From an uncultured Chloroflexia bacterium (GTDB lineage: Bacteria > Chloroflexota > Dormibacteria > Aeolococcales > Aeolococcaceae), in the NCBI GenBank assembly GCA_963793875.1, contig CAWCBS010000008.1, positions 3,796 to 67,795 of the forward strand: a stretch of DNA of 64,000 nt. The letters are read 5' to 3'. Both the position numbers and the translations under genes were made by a program. Position 1 is the stretch's first letter. Every line of letters starts with the position of its first letter. Below are positions 51,257-58,922 of the stretch, piece by piece. The notes under the pieces are model-generated. The model did no database searches. It saw nothing but the letters and a program-made list of their open reading frames with translations, and was not told the origin of the DNA.

Positions 51257-51733
51257 TCAGGGCGTCGGCGAGGCGGTCGGCGCGCCCGGTGTGGGCGTCG
51301 AGGACGGCGACAGCGGGACCAGGGTCGGGCCGGCGGGGCCGGTCGGAACCGGGGTGGCCGTGGGGGTCGGGGTCGGGGCCGGGGTGGGGCTGAAGGTCGG
51401 GGGCACAGCGTTGAGGCCGCCGGACGCCGCCTTGCCCCCGGGGTCGACGACGTAGATCTGCTCGCCCGGGAGGTGGTACCCGAGCCGACGTGCCTGGTCC
51501 TCCACCCAGGCCGAACCCTGGGCCTCGGTGATCTCCTGGGAGCGCTGCGCGATCTGGGCCCGGAGGGCGGCGTCGGCGGATTGGAGCTGGGTCACCCGCG
51601 CCAGGGCGGCGCGGTCCTGCGCCGCCTCGCCGTAGAGGGCATAGGCGACCCAGCCGCAGACCACGGCGATCACCAGGGCGATGACCCGCCGCGCCGTCAC
51701 GGCGCGGGGTCGCTGGGAAGCACGAGAACTCAT
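51257..51733 (-). CDS. septum formation initiator (FtsB/DivIC-like) protein
   Basis: A single N-terminal TM helix, then a coiled coil (RVTQLQSADAALRAQIAQRSQEI), then the WVEDQARRLGYHLPGEQIY block and a PT-rich tail. Confidence 0.7.
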   Translation of the reverse strand: MSSRASQRPRAVTARRVIALVIAVVCGWVAYALYGEAAQDRAALARVTQLQSADAALRAQIAQRSQEITEAQGSAWVEDQARRLGYHLPGEQIYVVDPGGKAASGGLNAVPPTFSPTPAPTPTPTATPVPTGPAGPTLVPLSPSSTPTPGAPTASPTP

Positions 51734-51971
51734 TGCGGGCCTTGGGGGGACGTGGGCGGGACTGGCCGCGGGACCCGTAGTCTGCTACGGGATCGCCGAA
51801 AAGACAACGTACTTGCGAGGACTCGCACCGTCCCGGGCAGATGCCCGCAGCCGGCTACCCAGGTGACAGGGGGGCACACGGCGCCGCAGTCCCGAGGCTG
51901 TCAGCGGGCCCCTACCCACGGATGCCGGCAGCCGAAGACGGCCGGGTCAGCCGCGCGGCGATGAGATCCGG

Positions 51972-52571
51972 TCAGCCAGTGTGGAGAGTGTCGTACGCCT
52001 GCAGCAGCGAGGCGACCGAGGTCGGCTCCTGGGCGTTGCCGTCGGTGCAGATGTTCGCCTGCTCCTGGGAGATGCCGAACCAGTACTGGCCCACATGCAG
52101 GATGTCGGACGGCCCCTCGGGGATGTCGAGGCCGCTCGGATCGCTGGGGAAGACCGAGATCGCAACCAACCCGTCCTCCTGGATGTCGGTGCAGGCCAAG
52201 TCCGCGACCAGGCTCGTGGTCCAGATCCGAATCCCCGGCAGCTCGGCGATGGGGTTCCCGTTCACATCCTCGTTGCCCGCCGCCATGCTGGGGTCGATGC
52301 GGTAGGTGGCATCGGCGACCCCGCTGGGAAGGGTGATCGCGACGTCGTACTCCTTGATCTCCAGCACCGCCACCAACGGGGTCGGGCTGACGCTGGCCGG
52401 GACGCTCGGCAGCGGCGTGGGCGACGCGGTGACGGGTGCCGCAGTGGCGGGCGCCGAGGTCGGGGCCGTTGGGGTGGGGGTGGGGGTGGCGGTGGGGGCG
52501 GCGGCTCCGCCGCAGCCGGCCAGCGTCGCCGCGGCGAGGACCGTTCCCAGGAGGGTCAGGGCATGCTTCAT
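51972..52571 (-). CDS. lipoprotein (lipobox LAGC) with PT-rich linker
   Basis: MKHALTLLGTVLAAATLAGCGG. The ATG at 52569-52571 was verified. The globular domain is unrecognised. Confidence 0.65.
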   Translation of the reverse strand: MKHALTLLGTVLAAATLAGCGGAAAPTATPTPTPTAPTSAPATAAPVTASPTPLPSVPASVSPTPLVAVLEIKEYDVAITLPSGVADATYRIDPSMAAGNEDVNGNPIAELPGIRIWTTSLVADLACTDIQEDGLVAISVFPSDPSGLDIPEGPSDILHVGQYWFGISQEQANICTDGNAQEPTSVASLLQAYDTLHTG

Positions 52572-52670
52572 AGGTGCCAACGTTTTCCGGCGCGCGCCCG
52601 CCTCACCAGAGGCGCCGAGCATGGCATGGCCGATGACCGTCGGCCCACCCGGAGTCGAACCGGCCACCGT

Positions 52671-53609
52671 TCAGACCGATCCGGCCTCCGCCCAGCGGCG
52701 CCGCCACTCCTCAGGGCTCAGTTCGTGGAGGTCGACCCCGGCGGCGCGCGCGGTCGCCTCCAGACGGCGGAAGCGGTCAGCGAAGGCCACGGTGCGGCCG
52801 CGGAGGGCGTCCTCGGGGTTGACCCGGAGCTGGCGGGCCAGGGCCACAGTGGCGAAGAGCAGCTCTCCGACCGCCTCCTCCAGCACGCGCGGCGCGGGCG
52901 GAGGGGGCGGCGCGTGCCCGGCGGTGGTGTCGGCGGCGGTCACCGCCCCATCGCCCGGCTCGGGAAGGCCCTCCCCGCTGGCGGTTTCGCCGCCCGGTGC
53001 CCAGTCGGCGCCGCGGCGGGCCCCGGGCGGAGCGGCGGCGGCCAGAGCGGCCAGGGCGTCCACACCCTGGCGGAGCCAGGCCAGGGCGTCGGCGACGGTC
53101 GGGGTCTCGTCGAAGCCGACCCGGGCGGGCCGCTTCTGCACCCCCTGGGCGAAGGCGAGCGCTGGCAGGGCGTGGGGAACGCCCTCGAGGAGCGAGAGCC
53201 GCTCCCGCTTCTCGGTGCGCTTCAGCTTCTCCCAGTTGACGACCACCTCCTCGGGCCCGGTGACCGAGGTGGTGCCGAACACATGAGGGTGACGGTGGAC
53301 CATCTTGACCCGGGTGGTCTCGGCGACATCGCCGATGTCGAACCCGCCATCGCGCTCGGCGGCGATGGCGCTGTGCATCAGCACCTGGAGAAGGAGGTCG
53401 CCGAGCTCCTCGCGGAGGGTCGCGGAACCGTCCAGGTCGATCGCCTCCAGCACCTCGTAGGTCTCCTCCAGCAGGTAGGGGCGGAGGGAACGGTGGGTCT
53501 GGGCGCGGTCCCACGGACAGCCGCCGGGCGCCCGCAGCCGCTCGACGACCTCGTTGAGCCGCCGCAGCGACTCCGCCGCCTCCTCACGCATGGCAACCTC
53601 CTGATCCAC
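52671..53609 (-). CDS. mazG: nucleoside triphosphate pyrophosphohydrolase MazG
   Basis: Blocks CPWDRAQTHRSLRPYLLEETYEVLEAI, EELGDLLLQV and HRHPHVFG, plus a second MazG repeat. A low-complexity insertion separates the repeats. Confidence 0.9.
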   Translation of the reverse strand: MDQEVAMREEAAESLRRLNEVVERLRAPGGCPWDRAQTHRSLRPYLLEETYEVLEAIDLDGSATLREELGDLLLQVLMHSAIAAERDGGFDIGDVAETTRVKMVHRHPHVFGTTSVTGPEEVVVNWEKLKRTEKRERLSLLEGVPHALPALAFAQGVQKRPARVGFDETPTVADALAWLRQGVDALAALAAAAPPGARRGADWAPGGETASGEGLPEPGDGAVTAADTTAGHAPPPPPAPRVLEEAVGELLFATVALARQLRVNPEDALRGRTVAFADRFRRLEATARAAGVDLHELSPEEWRRRWAEAGSV

Positions 53610-53716
53610 CTGATGGGCGGTCGTGGGAGTGGCGCTCCGCTGCGGCCTCCCAACGCCTGGGCGCCTCCACCGGGCGCAGGCGGGGAGCCGCTACCGGCAT
53701 CGACACATCTTCATCC

Positions 53717-56700
53717 TCATGCGGGCACCGCCTGGCGGGCTCGGATCAGCCGGCCCAGCTCGCGCAGGACCCGCAGCAGCGCATCCTCCCACTGCTCGTC
53801 GGGGCCCCGCCCCGGGGGCGGGACCACGTAGACCCGGGTCGGCGTGGTCTCCGCATACGCCGGGAACTGGCGGGCCACCGCCTCCAGGTCGAGGCCATGA
53901 CCGTTGGGGAGCTGGACCACCACGCCGAGGCGGGGCGACCCGGCCTCGCGGGCGTCGGCGACGCCGGGGACCAGCCGGCGGCCGGCATCCCCTCGCCAGG
54001 TCTCGACCGACTGGGCACCGGCGGCGGCGGCGAGCAGCCGCACTCGCAGCGAGCTCACCAGCGACTCGGCCTCGGGGGGCAGCGGTCCGAAGCGATCGGC
54101 GAGGCCGCGGGCCCGCCGCTCCAGCTCGGGCTCGCTGGCGCAGCCGGCCAGGTCCTGGTAACAGCGCAGGCGGAGCTGCTCCTCCTGGATGTAGCCGGGC
54201 GGGAGGAAGGCCGGCCGGGGGAGCGACACCGTCACCTGAGCCGGCGCCTCGGCGAGCGGCCGGCCCTGGAGGGAACGCACCGCCTGCTCGAGGAGCCGGT
54301 TGTACATCTCCAGGCCCACCGCCGCGATCTCGCCGTGCTGCTCCTCCCCCAGCAGGTTGCCGGCTCCGCGGATCTCCAGGTCACGCATCGCCAGCTTGAA
54401 TCCCGCCCCCAGGTCCTGCAGCTCGCCGATGACGTCGAGGCGCTTGTCGGCGCGTTCGGTGAGCGACCTCTCCGCCGGATAGAGGAGGTAGGCGTAAGCG
54501 CGCTGGCCGGCGCGACCGACCCGGCCTCGCAGCTGATAGAGCTGAGCCAGCCCGAGCCGGTGGGCGTTGTCGACCACGATGGTGTTGGCGTTGGGGATGT
54601 CCAGCCCCGACTCGATGATGGTGGTGCAGACCAACACGTCCACCTCGCCGTCGATGAACGCGCGCATCACCGAGGCCAGCAGGTCCTCGTGCATCTGGCC
54701 GTGGGCGATGGCGATGCGGGCCTCGGGGACCAGCTTGCGCATCCACTCGGCCTCCCGATCGATGGTCTGCACACGGTTGTGGACGTAGAACACCTGGCCG
54801 CCCCGGGCCAGCTCCCGGCTGACCACCTCGCGGACCAACGAGTCCTCGCGAGCCGTGACATAGGTCTTGATCGGCTGGCGCTCCTCCGGGGGCGTCTGGA
54901 TGACCGAGAGGTCGCGGATGCCGGCGAGCGCCATGTGCAGCGTGCGGGGGATCGGGGTGGCCGAGAGCGAGAGCACGTCGACGGCGACCCGCAGCTCCTT
55001 GAAGCGCTCCTTCTGGAGCACCCCGAAGCGCTGCTCCTCGTCGACGACGACGAGTTCCAGGTTGCGGAACTCCACGTCCCGCTGGAGCAGGCGGTGGGTG
55101 CCGATGACGATGTCGACGGTCCCCGCCCGGAGCCCCACGAGGGTGGCCCGCTGCTCCTCCTCGGAGCAGAAGCGGGAGAGCTGGTGGACCGTGACCGGGA
55201 AGGGACGGAGTTGCTCGGTGAAGGTCAGGAAGTGCTGCTGGCAGAGCACCGTGGTGGGCACCAGCACGGCCACCTGCCGACCCTCGGCGACCGCCTTGAA
55301 GGCGGCCCGCAGCGCCAGCTCGGTCTTGCCGAATCCGACGTCACCGCAGACCACCCGGTCCATCGGCCGGGACGCCTCCATGTCGCGCTTGATGTCGTCG
55401 AGCACCAGCACCTGGTCGGGGGTCTCCTCGAAGGGGAACGACCCCTCCAGCTCTCGCTGCCAGTCGCCGTCGGTCGAGAAGGCGTGGCCCGGGGCGGCCT
55501 CGCGGCGCGAGTAGAGGGCGAGCAGCTCGCGGGCCACGGCCTCGGTGCGCTCACGCACCCGCCGCTTGGTCCGCTCCCACTCCCCGGTGCCCAGCCGGGA
55601 GAGGGCGGGGTGGGCGTCGGAGCCGCCCGCGTAACGGTCGATCCGGTCCAGGTGCTGGACGGGGACGAAGAGGCGATCCCCGTCCGCGTACTCGAGCAGC
55701 ATGTACTCCTGCTCGGGCGCGCCCGCGACGGCGGCCGCGTCCTCAGCGGCCCCCGCCGAGCCCGCCCCGAGGCCGTCCCCTCCCCCGCCGGGCCCGGCTG
55801 GGGATGCGGTTGGCGTCCCGGCGGCGCTCCCCGCCTCGGCCACCCGGCGCATCTCGATGAAGCGGCCCACGCCGTGGTCGCGGTGGACCACCAGGTCCCC
55901 GGGGGCGAACTCGAGCACGAAGCCTGGCGCACCCGCCCGGCCCGCGGCCGCCTTGCGCGCCCCCCGGGCCGAGGTTGACTCCGCCCTCCGCGCCCCTCGG
56001 GCGAGCGGGGAGCCGCGCCGCTTGACCACGCCGAAGAGCTCGTGGTCACTGAAGACGGCGAGCCCGAGCTGGGGGGCGCGGAAGCCACCCGATGCCTCAC
56101 CGGCGGCGACCAGCAGCGCCCCGGGGGGGACCGTCAGGGTGGCGGCATCGAGGTCGTCGATGGCGACCGGCTCCAGCCCGGCGTCGGTGGTCAGCTCAAC
56201 CACCCTCCCCTCCTGGCGGGTGACCACGACGCAGCAGCCTCCCTCCCCGAGCTCCCCGCCGAGGCCCTCCGCGAACGCGCCCCATCGACCGGCGTACGGC
56301 TCGGCGCCTCGCCAGCCGAGGTCGGTGGAGGTCGCGCCGGCCTCGACCTCGCCCGGGAGCAGCTCCACCGCGTGGCGGAGATTGGCGTCAAGGACCTCCG
56401 TCCCGAGCAGGCCGGTGCGAGCCCCGGCGGGCAGCTCACCCCTCGCCTGCTCCTGGTCGCGCAGCCCCTCGATCTCCTCGAGGTACCGCGCGGCCGCGCG
56501 CCGAGCCCGTTCGACACCCCCGGCGACGAGCACCAGCGCGCCCTTCCCGAGATGGTCGAAGAGGCTCGCCGCGCCGTTGAGGTACGGGGCGAAGAGGTCG
56601 ACACCGTCGTCGTAGACGCCGAGTTCGAGCTGGGCCAGGTCCTCACGCCATTGCTCGCGCACCTCCGGGCGGCAGCCGTCGATCTCCAGCCCGGCCACGT

Positions 56701-57442
56701 CGGCCAGGGCTCGGTCCACCGCGTCGGAGCTCAGGTCCAGCTCCCGGGCGGGGAGCAGGCGCACCCGCTCCAGCCGGCCCACCGAGGTCTGGGTGTCGAC
56801 GTCGAAGGCTCGGATCTCGTCGACCTCGTCACCGAACCACTCCGCCCGCCAGGGGCGGCCCCGATCCAGGCCGAAAACGTCGACGATGCCGCCCCGCACC
56901 GCCATCTCACCGGGGGCGGTCACCGCGGTGACCCGCCGGTAGCCGAGCCCGACCAGGCGACGGAGGACGGCGTCCCGGCCGACGCGCTGTCCCCTGGTCA
57001 GCTGGCCGGTGGCGTCGAGGGCCGCGACCGGGAGGGTCGGGCGGAGCAGCCCAGCGGGCGACGCCACCACCAGGGCCGGCTCCCCCCCGCGGAGCAGCGC
57101 CAGGGTGGCGATGCGGCGGCGGGTCACCTCCTCGGAGGGTGGGATCCGATCGAAGCCGGGGGTGTCGGCCGCCGGCCAGAGCCCCAGGTGTGCCTCCCCA
57201 CCCCAGAGGCGGGCGTCGGCGTAGACGGTCTCGGGGTCGCTGGCGATCACCAGGAGATGGCGGGCGGCGTGCCGCCTCGCCCAGAGGGCGACCAGGCCGA
57301 CCGCGGACGAGGGGATGCCCCCGAGGGAGCGGAGCGAGCCGTCCGCGAGCGCGCGCAGGGGCGTCACGGCGTCGAGGCGGGAGGCCAGCGTGGCAGCGCC
57401 GCCACCGGGCGGCTCAATCACCGGGTGCGGTCCCCTGCCCAT
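53717..57442 (-). CDS. mfd: transcription-repair coupling factor
   Basis: 1241 aa. Blocks HRDHGVGRF, EYADGDRLFVPV, helicase motifs GDVGFGKTE and DEEQRFGV, and a TRG/C-terminal domain. Confidence 0.95.
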   Translation of the reverse strand: MGRGPHPVIEPPGGGAATLASRLDAVTPLRALADGSLRSLGGIPSSAVGLVALWARRHAARHLLVIASDPETVYADARLWGGEAHLGLWPAADTPGFDRIPPSEEVTRRRIATLALLRGGEPALVVASPAGLLRPTLPVAALDATGQLTRGQRVGRDAVLRRLVGLGYRRVTAVTAPGEMAVRGGIVDVFGLDRGRPWRAEWFGDEVDEIRAFDVDTQTSVGRLERVRLLPARELDLSSDAVDRALADVAGLEIDGCRPEVREQWREDLAQLELGVYDDGVDLFAPYLNGAASLFDHLGKGALVLVAGGVERARRAAARYLEEIEGLRDQEQARGELPAGARTGLLGTEVLDANLRHAVELLPGEVEAGATSTDLGWRGAEPYAGRWGAFAEGLGGELGEGGCCVVVTRQEGRVVELTTDAGLEPVAIDDLDAATLTVPPGALLVAAGEASGGFRAPQLGLAVFSDHELFGVVKRRGSPLARGARRAESTSARGARKAAAGRAGAPGFVLEFAPGDLVVHRDHGVGRFIEMRRVAEAGSAAGTPTASPAGPGGGGDGLGAGSAGAAEDAAAVAGAPEQEYMLLEYADGDRLFVPVQHLDRIDRYAGGSDAHPALSRLGTGEWERTKRRVRERTEAVARELLALYSRREAAPGHAFSTDGDWQRELEGSFPFEETPDQVLVLDDIKRDMEASRPMDRVVCGDVGFGKTELALRAAFKAVAEGRQVAVLVPTTVLCQQHFLTFTEQLRPFPVTVHQLSRFCSEEEQRATLVGLRAGTVDIVIGTHRLLQRDVEFRNLELVVVDEEQRFGVLQKERFKELRVAVDVLSLSATPIPRTLHMALAGIRDLSVIQTPPEERQPIKTYVTAREDSLVREVVSRELARGGQVFYVHNRVQTIDREAEWMRKLVPEARIAIAHGQMHEDLLASVMRAFIDGEVDVLVCTTIIESGLDIPNANTIVVDNAHRLGLAQLYQLRGRVGRAGQRAYAYLLYPAERSLTERADKRLDVIGELQDLGAGFKLAMRDLEIRGAGNLLGEEQHGEIAAVGLEMYNRLLEQAVRSLQGRPLAEAPAQVTVSLPRPAFLPPGYIQEEQLRLRCYQDLAGCASEPELERRARGLADRFGPLPPEAESLVSSLRVRLLAAAAGAQSVETWRGDAGRRLVPGVADAREAGSPRLGVVVQLPNGHGLDLEAVARQFPAYAETTPTRVYVVPPPGRGPDEQWEDALLRVLRELGRLIRARQAVPA

Positions 57443-58025
57443 CCGCCGGCGGAGGCGGAGGCGGGCGGTTGTACTCGGTCATGGCCCGCTCGAGCCCGTC
57501 GCGCACGATCGCGCCCACCGCGTCAGCGGCGCGGCCCAGGATCGCGGGCAGCGCCTCGCGCTCGGAGGGCGTGAACGGGTCCAGGACGTGGTCCACGGTG
57601 TCCTCGCCCTCGGGGGGCCGGCCGATCCCGACCCTCACCCGGCTGAAGTCCTGGGTCTGCAGGGACTCGATGAGCGAGCGCACCCCGCGGTTACCCCCCG
57701 CCGAGCCGCCGCGGCGGAGGCGCAGCCGCCCGAAGGGGAGGTCCACGTCGTCGTGGACCACGACCAGGTCGGGCAGGGAGACGCCCAGGACGCGCACCAG
57801 GTGGACGCCGGCTCGCCCGCTCAGGTTCATGTAGGTGGTGGGCCGGGCCAGGACGACGTCGAAGCCGTCCAGGGTGCCGGCGCGCACTTTCGACGGACCC
57901 TCTCGGCGGGCCCGCGCGAAGCGGCCCCGACCCTCGAGCTCGTCGAGGACCATCCACCCGCAGTTGTGCCGGGTGTGGGCGTACTCCCCACCGGGGTTGC
58001 CCAGGCCGATGATCAGGGTGGCCAT
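57414..58025 (-). CDS. pth: peptidyl-tRNA hydrolase
   Basis: Blocks LIIGLGNPGGEYAHTRHNCG and HDDVDLPFGRLRLR. The Pro-rich tail overlaps the mfd start by 29 nt. Confidence 0.93.
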   Translation of the reverse strand: MATLIIGLGNPGGEYAHTRHNCGWMVLDELEGRGRFARARREGPSKVRAGTLDGFDVVLARPTTYMNLSGRAGVHLVRVLGVSLPDLVVVHDDVDLPFGRLRLRRGGSAGGNRGVRSLIESLQTQDFSRVRVGIGRPPEGEDTVDHVLDPFTPSEREALPAILGRAADAVGAIVRDGLERAMTEYNRPPPPPPADGQGTAPGD

Positions 58026-58038
58026 GGCGTCCGCGGCC

Positions 58039-58479
58039 TCAGTGGGGCGCGAGGTCGGGGACGTCCTGCTCGGGGAGCAGACGCCGGGTCTCGGCGGTCA
58101 TCAGAGCGGCCCTCTCGGGCCGGTCGTGGTCGTGGCCCAGGCAGTGCAGCAGCCCGTGGACGGCCAGCAGCCGGAGCTCCCCCGGGAGGCCGGCCGGGCT
58201 CTGGGCACGGGCGCGCTCCACCGAGATGGCGATGTCCCCGACCCATTCCCGGCCGTCGCCGGGGAAGGCGAGGACGTCGGTGGCGGCGTCCACCCCGGCG
58301 TGCAGCCGGTTGAGCTGGCGCAGCTCCTCGTCGTCGGTGAGCCGAAGCGCCAGCCCGGAGCGGGCGGGCACGCCGAGGGCGTCGCCGCTCCGGCGCAGCA
58401 GCGGAGCCAGTCCGCTCTTCCGGGCCTGGGCCAGAGCCCCGGGGTCTAGGGCGTCGGAGCGGTGCACGGTCACGCGCAT
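58039..58479 (-). CDS. ybeY: rRNA maturation RNase YbeY
   Basis: Zinc motif HGLLHCLGHDH. Confidence 0.9.
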   Translation of the reverse strand: MRVTVHRSDALDPGALAQARKSGLAPLLRRSGDALGVPARSGLALRLTDDEELRQLNRLHAGVDAATDVLAFPGDGREWVGDIAISVERARAQSPAGLPGELRLLAVHGLLHCLGHDHDRPERAALMTAETRRLLPEQDVPDLAPH

Positions 58480-58548
58480 GGCCGCCCCATGGTGGCGCAG
58501 AAAGAAAGGGGCTCGCCGAGGCGAGCCCGATGGGTGGCGATGACGGCC

Positions 58549-58731
58549 TCAGCCGGCTTTCGCCCGACGCTTCCTGGCAGCGACCAGCTTGCGCTTGCGG
58601 CGGACCGAGGGCTTCTCGTAGTGCTCACGGCGCCGCACCTCCGAGAGGATGCCGTTCTGCTTGATCTTCTTGTTGAAGCGGCGCAGCGCGCTCTCGAAGG
58701 TCTCGCCTTCGCGGACCTTGACCTCCGACAC
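58549..58731 (-). CDS. rpsU: 30S ribosomal protein S21
   Basis: [48 protein letters not shown]. The GTG at 58731 is preceded by GAGGAGGTGAT. Confidence 0.88.
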   Translation of the reverse strand: MSEVKVREGETFESALRRFNKKIKQNGILSEVRRREHYEKPSVRRKRKLVAARKRRAKAG

Positions 58732-58885
58732 GGTTGAGGGATCACCTCCTCGGCGCCGCCCGCGGCGGCCTGGCTGATGACTAGAAGACAATCCGGCCGG
58801 GCCGGCTCGCCTACGCGCAGGCTGCGCCCATGGCCGGACGGAGTGTCCACTCTAGCAGGGGTCCGTCCGAGAGGGGGGCACCCGG

Positions 58886-58899
58886 CAAACAGATGTACG
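58886..58899. promoter_or_regulatory. second SOS-box-like site, upstream of the helicase-nuclease gene
   Basis: CAAACagatGTACG shares AAC-N4-GTACG with the uvrA site (24131-24144). It lies 24 nt upstream of ATG 58923. Confidence 0.3.
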
Positions 58900-58922
58900 C
58901 TGGCCGGGGTTATCATCGCCGG

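Noticed and set aside
52646-52672. T-arm-like sequence (GGCCGGTTCGACTCCGGGTGGGCC on the minus strand) right after the mazG stop, possibly a tRNA 3' fragment or att-site remnant.
   Set aside because: No D-arm, anticodon arm or complementary acceptor 5' strand can be built. The T stem has a G-G mismatch. The upstream sequence is the mazG coding region.
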